From assembly GCA_965217185.1 (NCBI GenBank), contig OZ244252.1, forward strand, positions 2,048,001 through 2,112,000: a stretch of 64,000 nt of DNA, read 5' to 3'. This DNA comes from an uncultured Candidatus Entotheonella sp. (GTDB taxonomy: Bacteria > Tectomicrobia > Entotheonellia > Entotheonellales > Entotheonellaceae). Shown here piece after piece: positions 45,540 to 55,265 of this stretch. The notes under the pieces are model-generated. The model searched no databases and was not told the origin of the DNA. It worked only from the letters and a program-made list of their open reading frames with translations. Numbering within the stretch: the stretch's first letter is position 1; every line of letters begins with the position of its first letter. A program made the translations under genes and the position numbers.

Positions 45540-46988
45540 ATGCAGCAGATGACAGCGCAGCCCGTCATCCGGGGGGTGCGATTCTTCCTGGCCCACACCC
45601 CCGGGCTGGTACGCTACGGCTCCAAGCCCAGCCGCGACATCGACCGCGACCCAGCGGTGACCGATACCCTGCAAGCCCACCTGCGCGGCTACGCCGACGC
45701 CGTGACCTATCCGCCCAACCAAGCCTTCCTCGGTGCCATCCACCCGGACGCTCTCGCCAACCTGTCGACACCGTGGTTCCGGCATACCGGCTGCGGCGAG
45801 CGCTGGGCGCCGCACGGCGAGATCATGCCTGAGGAGGAGTTCTACGGCTGGCTGAAAATCGCCGACGCTTTCAATTTGGTCAGCCTGGAAGCGGGCTTCG
45901 TCGGGTCCGTCCGCCACGCGCTGGCTGCCCATCCGCTGTGCGCGCCGGCTGACCTGGAGCATTTGGGAACGGGCGTTTCGCAGGCCGAGCTCGACGCCCG
46001 ACTGGCGGGCGACATGCCCGCCCTGCCGCTCTTCCTGCGCGACGGCTCCCGTATCGGCTGTTTCTACGCCGCCCACGAGGTAGACACTTCGCTCGCTGCC
46101 GACGTGCTGCTCGAAAACCTGGCCTGCAAGACGACCGCCGTCCTGGCCATGCGCACGCTGCTGGCTCAGGAGCGTGTCGACCCGATGGACGTTCCCTACG
46201 TGCTCAACAGCGGCGAGGAGGCGGTGGGCGACCGCTACCAGCGCGGCGGCGGCAACCTGGCCAAGGCGGTGGCGGAAATGAGCGGCTGCCAAGCGGCAAC
46301 CGGCGTGGATATCAAGGGCTTCTGCTGCGGCCCGCTGCACGCCTTGGCCATCGCCGGCGGCCTGGTCAGCGCCCGCGTGTTTCCGCACGTTGTCGTGGTC
46401 GGCGGCTGCGCCCTGTCCAAATTGGGCATGAAGTACCGCGGCCACGTGCAGCACGACCAGCCCATCCTGGAGGACGTGCTGGCAGCGGTGGCCATTCTGG
46501 TCAGCAGCGACGACGGTGCATCGCCCAAGCTTCGCCTGGACTCCCTGGGCCGCCACACCGTGGCCGCCGGGTCGTCGCAGAAGGCCATTTTCGAGCAACT
46601 CGTCAGCGAGCCTCTGCAGCGCCTGGGACTGAGCTTCGGCGACATCGACAAATACGCCACCGAGCTGCACAACCCGGAGGTCACCGAGCCGGCGGGCAGC
46701 GGCAACGTGCCGCTGCTCAACTACCGCGTCATCGCCGGCCTGGCGGCGATGGGCAAGCAGATCACCCCCGCGCAGGTGCCGGATTTCGTCGCCGCACACG
46801 GCATGCCCGGCTTTTCACCCACGCAGGGTCACATCGCCTCGGCGGTGCCCTTTCTCGGCCACGCCGTGGACGGCTTGCGCGGCGGCGACCTGCAGCGCGT
46901 GCTGCTGCTCGCCAAGGGCAGCTTGTTCCTCGGCCGTATGACGCAGATGGCCGACGGCGTGTCATTGCTTTTGGAGCGCAATGGTTAG
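45540..46988 (+). CDS. grdC: reductase component C beta subunit
   Basis: LAHTPGLVRYGSKP, LENLACK, EEAVGDRYQRGGGN, GFCCGP, ELHNPE, PTQGHI, KGSLFLGRMT. Confidence 0.9.
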   Translation: MQQMTAQPVIRGVRFFLAHTPGLVRYGSKPSRDIDRDPAVTDTLQAHLRGYADAVTYPPNQAFLGAIHPDALANLSTPWFRHTGCGERWAPHGEIMPEEEFYGWLKIADAFNLVSLEAGFVGSVRHALAAHPLCAPADLEHLGTGVSQAELDARLAGDMPALPLFLRDGSRIGCFYAAHEVDTSLAADVLLENLACKTTAVLAMRTLLAQERVDPMDVPYVLNSGEEAVGDRYQRGGGNLAKAVAEMSGCQAATGVDIKGFCCGPLHALAIAGGLVSARVFPHVVVVGGCALSKLGMKYRGHVQHDQPILEDVLAAVAILVSSDDGASPKLRLDSLGRHTVAAGSSQKAIFEQLVSEPLQRLGLSFGDIDKYATELHNPEVTEPAGSGNVPLLNYRVIAGLAAMGKQITPAQVPDFVAAHGMPGFSPTQGHIASAVPFLGHAVDGLRGGDLQRVLLLAKGSLFLGRMTQMADGVSLLLERNG

Positions 46989-47170
46989 AGCATTTGTGTA
47001 TCTGTTCGCAGTCCCCCCTCCCTAGTAGCCCTCCCCCATGGAGGGGGGAGGGGATCAAGAGGCTGGTTTTCCCCTGAAATGGGGTTTTACTCCCTCTCCC
47101 CTGGTGGGAGAGGGTTGGGGTGAGGGGGAAAGTCCCGGCCTGCAAACCGTTTTGACCCGAACGTGTTCCA
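46986..47170. mobile_element. MITE-like element related to 15277-15547
   Basis: Starts tagagcat (its TAG is the grdC stop); shares the C/G hairpins and the tgcaaaccgt.ttga tail. Confidence 0.6.
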
Positions 47171-47204
47171 GACGAAAACAGACAACCCAATAAGGAGATG
47201 CATC

Positions 47205-47675
47205 ATGCAACTGCAAGGTAAGAAAATCATCGCCTTGGGCGAGCGCGACGGCATCCAGGGCAGCGCCATTGCGCAATGCACGGCCAGCGCCGGCGCCGAG
47301 GTGGTGCTGGAAGTGACCCACTGCTTCGTTTGAACGGCCGCCGGCGCCCTTGACCTGGAAGGTCAGGAGGAGATCAAGCGGGTGGCCGAGCAATACCCGC
47401 GCGAGGACATGGTGGTGGTGCTGGGCACGCCGACCGCCGAAAGCAGCCGCCTGTACGCCCTGACGGTGACCGAGGGCGATCCCTCGTGGGCCGGCGCCCT
47501 GGCCGGCACGTCGCTGGGACTGCTCGTCTACCACGTCACCGAGGAAGCCATCAAATGCCAGGTGTCGCCCGAGGTGTATGAGGAGCAGGTGACGCTGATG
47601 GAAATGGTGCTCGACGTGGCCGACATCGCCGACGCCGTGCAGGGCGTGCGGGACGGCAGCGCTCCAGTCGTATAG
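47205..47675 (+). CDS. grdA: reductase selenoprotein A (Sec at TGA 47331-47333)
   Basis: MQLQGKKIIALGERDGI...CFV-U-TAAGALDLE...GDPSWAGALAG; TAAGGAG RBS; hairpin tgacct-gga-aggtca. Confidence 0.93.
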
Positions 47676-47723
47676 CCCAAATGCCCGTCCTGTGCGAAGG
47701 GAGGGGTTGGGGAAGGGGCCCCT

Positions 47724-48194
47724 GTGGCCGAAATAAAACGCTGCTGGCTGATGAAATCGGAGCCGACCGTCTACTCGATCGACGACCTGCAGCGCGACGG
47801 CTCGACGTCCTGGGAGGGCGTGCGCAACTACCAGGCGCGTAACTTCATGCGCGACGACATGCGGCTCGGCGACGACGTGCTCTTCTACCACAGCAACGCC
47901 AAGCCCATGGGTATCTACGGCGTCGCTGAAGTGGTGCGCGAGGCCTATCCCGACGACACCGCCTTCGACCCGACCAGCCGCTATCACGACTCGAAAAGCG
48001 ACCCGGCACAGCCGACCTGGCTGATGGTTGACGTCGGTTACGTGCGCACCTTCAAGACGCCCATCACCTTGGCGGCGCTGAAGGAAATCCCCGGTCTGGA
48101 AGCGATGATGGTGATCCGCAAGGGCAGCCGCCTGTCGGTGCAGCCGGTGACGCCGCAGGAGTGGGACATCATCATGCGTATCGCAGCAGAATGA
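47724..48194 (+). CDS. EVE domain protein
   Basis: WLMKSEP, WEGVRNYQARNFMR, FYHS, RLSVQPV. Confidence 0.95.
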   Translation: MAEIKRCWLMKSEPTVYSIDDLQRDGSTSWEGVRNYQARNFMRDDMRLGDDVLFYHSNAKPMGIYGVAEVVREAYPDDTAFDPTSRYHDSKSDPAQPTWLMVDVGYVRTFKTPITLAALKEIPGLEAMMVIRKGSRLSVQPVTPQEWDIIMRIAAE

Positions 48195-48207
48195 GGCCCA
48201 CCCACCG

Positions 48208-48762
48208 ATGGACGTGCTGATCTCGCGCCAGCGTATTGACGAAGCAGTGACACGGCTGGCCGGCGAGATTCGCCGCGACTACGCCGCCGGACCGCCGGTG
48301 CTGGTCGGCGTGCTGCACGGCGCCTTCGTGTTCCTGGCCGATCTTGCGCGGGCGCTCGAACTGCCTGTGGAGATCAGCTTCGTGGGGCTGTCCAGCTACG
48401 GCAGCGACACGGTCAGCAGCGGTCAAATGGAGGTCTTTCACGAACTGCGCGCCGACATCACTGGCCGCGACGTGGTGCTTGTCGAGGACATCGTCGACAG
48501 CGGCCATTCCGTCACCTACCTGTGCGACTACCTGCGGCAACGGCGCCCCGCCTCCCTGCGCATCTGTAGCCTCCTGGACAAACCGGCCCGCCGCGAGGTG
48601 CCTGTTGACATCGACTACCGCGGCTTTACCATCCCCAACCTGTTCATCGTCGGCTACGGCATGGACTTTAACGGGCAATACCGCCACCTGCCGGACATCC
48701 GCGTTTTGGAAGGAACCCCTACCCCTCCGCCACCCGCACGTGCTGAATCACGTGCGCGGTGA
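48208..48762 (+). CDS. hpt: hypoxanthine phosphoribosyltransferase
   Basis: GAFVFLADL, SSYG, VEDIVDSG, LLDK, FIVGYGMD. Confidence 0.95.
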   Translation: MDVLISRQRIDEAVTRLAGEIRRDYAAGPPVLVGVLHGAFVFLADLARALELPVEISFVGLSSYGSDTVSSGQMEVFHELRADITGRDVVLVEDIVDSGHSVTYLCDYLRQRRPASLRICSLLDKPARREVPVDIDYRGFTIPNLFIVGYGMDFNGQYRHLPDIRVLEGTPTPPPPARAESRAR

Positions 48763-49027
48763 GCCACTCGAACAACACCTCCTGCTCCTCGGACAGCTCG
48801 ATGCTCGCCGGGCGCTCCTCGGACAGCGGCGACACCAACTCGAACACGCCGTCCGCCATCCACTCGGCGGCCTGCTCGGCGTCGATCCAATAGTCTTTCG
48901 GCCCCAGCGGCGGCACCTGCGGCTCGTCCGGCGGCGTCATGAAGTACACCAGTTGGGAACGCAGGCGGTCGGAAATATCGAGGGGCGGAGCGGCGGAATT
49001 GTCCATGGGCAACAGTCGATACGGCAT
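48719..49027 (-). CDS. hypothetical protein
   Basis: Acidic ORF with a GGAGG RBS; overlaps the hpt 3' end. Confidence 0.6.
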   Translation of the reverse strand: MPYRLLPMDNSAAPPLDISDRLRSQLVYFMTPPDEPQVPPLGPKDYWIDAEQAAEWMADGVFELVSPLSEERPASIELSEEQEVLFEWLTAHVIQHVRVAEG

Positions 49028-49078
49028 GCGGGCCTCCTGTCATTCCGGCAAGGACTTTTGGCGTCCTCGTATCAATAT

Positions 49079-49108
49079 GTAGGTCGGATTAGCGCAGCGT
49101 AATCCGAC
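49079..49108. repeat. GTAG-type REP
   Basis: gtaggtcggattagcgcagcgtaatccgac. Confidence 0.85.
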
Positions 49109-49170
49109 ATTCCGACGCGCTGGACGCCGGTTCAAGACCGGCGCGTCTGATGCCCCCCAAAACCGATGCC

Positions 49171-51522
49171 TCAGGATGCCGGCAGCAGACGCTGGCGGGT
49201 TTTGGCTGCGGCCGTGATGTCGTCCCACTCCCACAACTGCGGGATGGTTTCGACGTCGGCCCACAGGGCGGCCTGGTCGGCGTAATGGGGGCTGCCGGGA
49301 TGGCCCGAGGCACCCAGCGGCACGATCCAGCGGGAACGGCTCCAGTCGGCGGGGTCGTGGATGTAGCGGTTCACGGACAGCGCGGTCAGGACGAAACGCT
49401 CCGCGCCCCAACTACTGCCCTGCAGCGGCGTGTCGCCGTCGCCACCGGCGGGAATCTGCGGCGGATTGAGCAGGTCGGCGCAATCGGGGAAGACGCGCGA
49501 CAGCGGGTGCTGCGGCCGGGTGCGGTGCAGCGTGCTCCACTGCCAAGTCTGCATATCGTCGCCGAGGCGTTGGCGCAGGTCGGTGACGGCGCGCTGCAGA
49601 GCGGCCTGCAGGCATTGCGGCCAGGTCTGGCCGGCCGGCAGGGGCGCGGGGTCATTCGCCGCCATGGCGTGGACGGCGCGGGTATAGAGTTGCAGGGCGT
49701 GCGTCGGGCCGCCGCGGCCGGTGCCGGCGGTGCCGATGGCTTCGTCGGCGAACGGGCCGAGGGCGGTGTTGAGAACATCTTCCAGCCAGCAGGCGCGCAG
49801 GGTAGCGTAGGTCGTTGCGGCGACCGAATCGCGGTCCATGCGGCAATCCCAGGCCAGCAACCGGTCGCGCGCTTCGGCGACTTGGGGATCGGCTGGCGGC
49901 GGCGTTTGTGCGAGCACCTGCAGGCATATTTGCGCCGGGTGCGACAGGCGGTCGGCGTGCACCGCTGCCATTTCCGCCACCGTGGCGGCGCCGGGCGCCA
50001 GTTCCTGCAGCCGGGCCGTGACTCGCCGGGCGCGTGTGTCGGCGCCGAAGTAGGTATTGATGTAGTACGGATAATCCGCAGGCGTCACGCCCTGATTGCA
50101 GGTGACGACGTAGCCGGCGGACGGGTTGCGGGTCTGCGGCATGTCCTCGAATGGGATGTTGCCCCGCCATTCGTGCCGGCCGTCCCAGCCGGGCACCGCG
50201 GTCCAGGCGTTGGCCATGGGACGGATGGGGATGCGCCCGCGGTAGCGGTAGCCGAACTCGCCGTGCACGTCGGCGTAGACGAAATTGTTCACCGGCTCCG
50301 TCCAGGGGCGCAACGCTTCCTCGGCCTCGTCTGCCGAGCGCGCCCGCAGCAGATCGTACAGCGTGTTGACCCACGGAGTGCCGCTGTTGGTACCGGGATG
50401 GCTGAAGGCGAGGCCGTGTCCGGCAAGCGGGTCGCCGGCAATGATGGGGCCATGGCGGGTCGCCACCACTTGCAAGGCTTCCGGCCCAGCGCCGCGCGCG
50501 TGCAGGGTCTCGTCGGCAACCTCGGCGGGTTGCCAATCCTCCTGCCAGGCGTATTCGAGCGTGCCGTTGCGGCTGCGGAAGCGCTCGATGAACAGGTCCT
50601 GATAGTCCGCGTAGCCGTGCGTCATGCCCCAGGCGACGTGTTCGTTGTGGCTGAAGTGTGGGGCACCCGGAACACCGGGCAGGGCGTAGCCGCTGACGCG
50701 GAAGGACGGGCAGGCCACGTGCACCTGATAGTAGACGTTCGGCGTGTCGAGGGCGCGGTGCGAATCCCCCGCCACCAGCGGCAAGCCGGAAGCCGTGCGG
50801 TCGCCGGAAATCACCCAGGCGTTGCTGCCCGCGTCCACCTCGCCCAGCCAGTTGCAAGCGGCCGTCGCGGCGGCCAATTCGTCGAGACACGACAATGGCG
50901 GCCCGTCGTACGCCTCGCCCGGCGGCACCGTCACCAGACTGCCCTGCGGATAGCCCTGGAACAGTGCCGCGGCGCGCTCGACGCCGAGCCCGAGGGCCAG
51001 CCGCAGCCGCCACAACTTCATCTCGAACGTTCCCATCAGCATGTTGCGGACCTTGTACACCGCCAAGCAGTGCCACGGCTCCCACGGCTCCGGGGTTGTC
51101 GGCAGCAGCGTGTATTCGACCGGCAACGTGCGGGTGCTGGCGAGGAAGGCGTTCACCCCATCGCTGTAGGCCGTGAGCATGTCCCGGGCAGCACTGCTCG
51201 TTACCTCGAAGTCCATGCGCGCCGCCCGCTCGACGCGAAACCGCCGCATCAGCCGATCCTCCGGCAACGCACCCGGCCCGGCGAACTCCGCCCAGCGACC
51301 CAGCGCCCGGTGACGGTCGCAATCCATGTGCCACAGGCGGTCCTGAGCCATCACGAGGCCTTGCGCGAAGAATGTGTCGTGCTCATTGGCCGCCCGCAAG
51401 TGCGGCACGCCCCAGCGGTCGCGGCAGACCTCCACCGGATTTTCCAGGCCGGAAAGCTTCAGCGTCGAGGTCACGTCGGGCAGGGCATTTTGTAAATCGG
51501 ACGGCGTCAATCGGCGGGACAT
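49171..51522 (-). CDS. penicillin acylase family Ntn-hydrolase
   Basis: RDRWGVPH, AQDRLW, GSNAW (N-terminal nucleophile Ser), TRHGP, GASGHPGSPHYADQ. Confidence 0.95.
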   Translation of the reverse strand: MSRRLTPSDLQNALPDVTSTLKLSGLENPVEVCRDRWGVPHLRAANEHDTFFAQGLVMAQDRLWHMDCDRHRALGRWAEFAGPGALPEDRLMRRFRVERAARMDFEVTSSAARDMLTAYSDGVNAFLASTRTLPVEYTLLPTTPEPWEPWHCLAVYKVRNMLMGTFEMKLWRLRLALGLGVERAAALFQGYPQGSLVTVPPGEAYDGPPLSCLDELAAATAACNWLGEVDAGSNAWVISGDRTASGLPLVAGDSHRALDTPNVYYQVHVACPSFRVSGYALPGVPGAPHFSHNEHVAWGMTHGYADYQDLFIERFRSRNGTLEYAWQEDWQPAEVADETLHARGAGPEALQVVATRHGPIIAGDPLAGHGLAFSHPGTNSGTPWVNTLYDLLRARSADEAEEALRPWTEPVNNFVYADVHGEFGYRYRGRIPIRPMANAWTAVPGWDGRHEWRGNIPFEDMPQTRNPSAGYVVTCNQGVTPADYPYYINTYFGADTRARRVTARLQELAPGAATVAEMAAVHADRLSHPAQICLQVLAQTPPPADPQVAEARDRLLAWDCRMDRDSVAATTYATLRACWLEDVLNTALGPFADEAIGTAGTGRGGPTHALQLYTRAVHAMAANDPAPLPAGQTWPQCLQAALQRAVTDLRQRLGDDMQTWQWSTLHRTRPQHPLSRVFPDCADLLNPPQIPAGGDGDTPLQGSSWGAERFVLTALSVNRYIHDPADWSRSRWIVPLGASGHPGSPHYADQAALWADVETIPQLWEWDDITAAAKTRQRLLPAS

Positions 51523-51884
51523 CGGGACCTCCGGGCCAATGGAATGGGGGTGGATGCAAGACCAGCGATGCTACTTCAGACAGGACCAACCCACAGGCAC
51601 GCCGTCGCCCGGTATGAGTCCAGGCGGGTTCCGTATTGCACCCGCAGAATGCAATCGTCCACCAATCAGCCCCAGATTGGCAGAATGTCAATCCGACAAA
51701 AAAGCCGGTTTGGGCTACGATGCGTGCTTCCAGTTCCGTGCATAGACGACAATATCGTCAGATCGTTCCAGCCTTGTCTTACCGTCCTGAGCACCCGTCT
51801 AGCTCTCTGGTGAAGACGTGCAATCCTTTATTTTGTATAGACATGGAGATGCTTCTCAATCGTACCCGGGACTGGCGACACGTA

Positions 51885-51899
51885 TGGCATGACTTTTGC
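51885..51899 (+). promoter_or_regulatory. sigma54 -24/-12 promoter
   Basis: TGGCAT-N5-TTGC with canonical spacing, 60 bp upstream of the amidase start. Confidence 0.7.
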
Positions 51900-51958
51900 G
51901 TTAGGTTGGTATGTGAACTATCTGAAACACCCAAGACTTTCCCTAACGAGAGGATGCC

Positions 51959-53350
51959 ATGCCCATGATGGAATCAGAGTTCAAATGCTGGCCGCGGCGC
52001 TTTGCTGCGGCGTGTTTTGCCGGCGCCTTGGCACTGTTGTCGGTACAGGTCGTCGTCGCGGCCGAGCCGCTGCCATGCGCTGAGACGCCAGCGGTGGCCA
52101 CACACCACTACCTGCCCGCCAACGACAAGACGGTGCACTGGGGATACTTCAGCAAATCGTTGGCCCCGCGGTTGGTCATCCATTCGGGAGATATCGTCAC
52201 CGTGGAGACGCTGACCCATCATGCCGGGGATGACTTGGATCGCATGGTCAAAGGCGACCCGGGTGCGGAGAGCGTCTATCATTGGACCGCCGACGAGAAG
52301 AACGTCAAGCGCCGGGGGGCCGGACCGCTGGACGCATCGGTCTATGGCCGTGGCGCCGGTGAAGGGTTCGGTGTCCACATTCTCACCGGGCCCATTTATG
52401 TGTGCGGTGCGGCTCGTGGCGACATCGTTGAGGTTCGTATCCTCGACGTGCAACCGCGGCCGTCCGGAAATCCGAAGTATCGCGGCAAATCCTTCGGCAG
52501 CAATGCGGCGGCGTGGTGGGGCTACCACTATCAGGACCTCATCGAGGAGCCCAAGCCGCGTGAAGTGATTACGATTTACGAGGTAGACACGGCTGGCAGC
52601 AAGAACTGGGCGAAGGCGGTCTACAACTTTCGCTGGGTGCCCCAGGTCGACCCGTTCGGCGTGGTGCACGAAATCATCGACTACCCCGGGGTGCCGGTCG
52701 ACCACAGTCTCGTCACCGAGCAGCACGGCGTCTTGAAAGGCGTTCGCGTGCCCATTCGGCCCCATTTCGGTGTCATCGGTCTCGCACCGGACGAAGCCGA
52801 CATCGTCGACTCCATCCCGCCGAGTTCTTTCGGCGGGAACATTGACGACTGGCGCATCGGCAAAAATGCCACGATGTACTATCCGGTCGCTGTTGACGGT
52901 GGCCTGTTGTCGCTGGGTGATTCACACGCCGCGCAGGGTGATTCCGAACTCGCCGGCACGGCCATCGAAATGTCTCTCACCGGCATCATTCAGATCGCCG
53001 TTCACAAGCAGGAAAATCTGCCGGGCACCGACCTGGAGGCACTTTATTACCCCCTCCTCGAAACCCCGGATGCCTGGGTGGTGCACGGTTTCAGCTTTGC
53101 CGACTACCTGGTTGAACTCGGTGACAAAGCCCAACAGGAAATCTACAGCCAATCGTCGGTGGACAAGGCAATGCGCGATGCCTTCCGCAAGATGCGCCAC
53201 TTCCTGATGACCACCCGAGGTCTCAGCGAAGATGAAGCCATCTCGCTCTTGTCCGTGGCGGTAGACTTTGGCATCACCCAGGTCGTGGACGGCAATTGGG
53301 GCGTTCACGCGACCATCAACAAGGCGGTCTTCGCCGGGGACCGCGAGTAA
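51959..53350 (+). CDS. acetamidase/formamidase family protein
   Basis: TVHWGYF, HILTGPIYV, GGNID, GDSHAAQGDSE, TQVVD. Confidence 0.93.
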   Translation: MPMMESEFKCWPRRFAAACFAGALALLSVQVVVAAEPLPCAETPAVATHHYLPANDKTVHWGYFSKSLAPRLVIHSGDIVTVETLTHHAGDDLDRMVKGDPGAESVYHWTADEKNVKRRGAGPLDASVYGRGAGEGFGVHILTGPIYVCGAARGDIVEVRILDVQPRPSGNPKYRGKSFGSNAAAWWGYHYQDLIEEPKPREVITIYEVDTAGSKNWAKAVYNFRWVPQVDPFGVVHEIIDYPGVPVDHSLVTEQHGVLKGVRVPIRPHFGVIGLAPDEADIVDSIPPSSFGGNIDDWRIGKNATMYYPVAVDGGLLSLGDSHAAQGDSELAGTAIEMSLTGIIQIAVHKQENLPGTDLEALYYPLLETPDAWVVHGFSFADYLVELGDKAQQEIYSQSSVDKAMRDAFRKMRHFLMTTRGLSEDEAISLLSVAVDFGITQVVDGNWGVHATINKAVFAGDRE

Positions 53351-53369
53351 GCGGCCGATAAGACAACCT

Positions 53370-53410
53370 TTGCTATGTATGCTATAGTGCAATTATGGCA
53401 TATATAGCAA
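53370..53410. promoter_or_regulatory. AT-rich inverted repeat over the hsdM start; putative operator
   Basis: ttgctatgtatgc ... gcatatatagcaa (13-bp arms, 1 mismatch). Confidence 0.6.
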
Positions 53411-55230
53411 TTACACCCATCGGCTCTACCCTGCGCGCCATCCGCGCCAGCCTGGACCTCACGCAGCAGCAGCTCGCCGACCGGCTTGGCGTCTCGTTTA
53501 CGACCGTCAATCGCTGGGAAGGCGGCGTGACGGCGCCACAGCGGGCGGCGCGCATCGCCATCAACGCCCTGGCCGACGAGGCCGGCATCGACGTCGTCGC
53601 GTCGGCTGCGGACGAGACCGAATCCGCCGCACAGGTGACGCGCCGGCGTTCCCGGCGGCGACCCACCGTTCCCACCACCAAGCCCATGGAGCAGATGCTG
53701 TGGGACGCCGCCTGCTCCATTCGCGGTGAGAAAGACGCCGCGAAGTTCAAGGACTACCTGCTCCCTCTCCTCTTCCTCAAGCGCTTGTCGGATGTCTTTG
53801 ACGACGAAATCGCACGCCTGGCCGAAGAATACGGCGACCGGGCTGCCGCGCAAGAAATTGCCGAGAGCGACCACAAGCTCCTGCGCTTCTACCTGCCGCC
53901 GGAGGCGCGCTGGGCCATCCTCAGCGGCCGCGAGGCGTACGATTGGCCGCTCGACGGCCAGGGGCAAAGCACCCGCCCGCATGACGTCGGCGAGCACCTG
54001 ACCAAGGCGGTCCGCGCAGTCGTCCGCTATAACCCGTCGCTGTCCGGCGTCATCGACCTGTTGGACTTCGCCGCCGAACGCAACGGCGAGCGCGACGTCA
54101 ACCCGGCCAAGCTTGCCGCCGTCATCGAGACCTTTTCCGACCCCCGCTACCGACTCGGCCTCGCCGACGTGCAGCCCGACTTCCTGGGCCGCGCCTACGA
54201 ATACCTGCTGCGCAAGTTTGCGGAAGGCTCCGGCCAGAGTGCCGGCGAGTTTTTTACCCCCACCGAGGTCGGCTTCCTGATGGCCCACCTCCTGCGCCCG
54301 CGGCCCGGCGAAGCCTGCCACGATTACGCCTGCGGCTCGGCCGGGCTGCTCGTCAAGCTGCAACTCGTCGCCCGCGAGCTCGACCCCACCAGCCGCGTGC
54401 CGCTCAAGCTCTACGGCCAGGAGTTGCAGGCCGAGAGCTACGCCGTGGCCCACATGAACGCCGTCATCCACGACATGGACGTTGGGATTGAGCGCGGCGA
54501 CACGATGATCAACCCGAAGTTCAAGACCGCGACCGGCCGTATCGCCGCGCACGACGTCGTGGCGGCCAACCCGATGTGGAATCAGGACATCAACCCGGAC
54601 ATCTACGCCAACGACCCGTTCGACCGCTTCCGCGCCACCGGCGGTGTCACCACCGGCAAGGCCGATTGGGCCTGGCTGCAACATACCCTCGCCTGCCTGA
54701 ACGAGCGCGGCCGCGCCGCCGTGGTGCTCGACACCGGCGCGGTGACGCGCGGCTCCGGCGCCAAGCACGAGGACCGGGAGCGTAACATCCGCAAGTGGTT
54801 CGTCGACCGCGACCTCATCGACGGCGTCATCCTGTTGCCGGACAACCTCTTCTACAACACCAGCGCCGCCGGGGTGATCGTGGTGCTGTCGAAACGCAAG
54901 CCAGGAGCACGGAAGGACCGCATCGTGCTGCTCAACGCCAGCCGCCGGGTGCGCAAGGGGCGGCCCAAGAATTTCATCCCGGAGGAGGATATCCGGGTGA
55001 TTGCGGAGGCGTTCGCGGAGGGCGAGCCGGTGGAGGGAGAGGTTGCGGTCATTACGCGGGAGCAGGCGGCGGGGGCGGATTACAACCTGAGTCCGAGCCG
55101 GTGGGTAGGGCAGGCGGAAGTTGTCACTCACCGCCCGATTACGGAGATCATTGCCGAGATGCGGCGTCTCGATGAAGAGGCCCGCGAGGTCGATGCGCGC
55201 CTCACAGAGATGTTGGCACGACTGCAATAG
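53395..55230 (+). CDS. hsdM: type I RM methyltransferase with N-terminal XRE HTH
   Basis: [21 protein letters not shown] (HTH); [29 protein letters not shown]. Confidence 0.93.
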   Translation: MAYIAITPIGSTLRAIRASLDLTQQQLADRLGVSFTTVNRWEGGVTAPQRAARIAINALADEAGIDVVASAADETESAAQVTRRRSRRRPTVPTTKPMEQMLWDAACSIRGEKDAAKFKDYLLPLLFLKRLSDVFDDEIARLAEEYGDRAAAQEIAESDHKLLRFYLPPEARWAILSGREAYDWPLDGQGQSTRPHDVGEHLTKAVRAVVRYNPSLSGVIDLLDFAAERNGERDVNPAKLAAVIETFSDPRYRLGLADVQPDFLGRAYEYLLRKFAEGSGQSAGEFFTPTEVGFLMAHLLRPRPGEACHDYACGSAGLLVKLQLVARELDPTSRVPLKLYGQELQAESYAVAHMNAVIHDMDVGIERGDTMINPKFKTATGRIAAHDVVAANPMWNQDINPDIYANDPFDRFRATGGVTTGKADWAWLQHTLACLNERGRAAVVLDTGAVTRGSGAKHEDRERNIRKWFVDRDLIDGVILLPDNLFYNTSAAGVIVVLSKRKPGARKDRIVLLNASRRVRKGRPKNFIPEEDIRVIAEAFAEGEPVEGEVAVITREQAAGADYNLSPSRWVGQAEVVTHRPITEIIAEMRRLDEEAREVDARLTEMLARLQ

Positions 55231-55265
55231 GCGTGGATACTCAGGACCAAAGGAGGTAGGAAAGG

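Noticed and set aside
49150..51495. 781-aa plus-strand ORF
   Set aside because: Antisense to the clearly identifiable penicillin acylase.
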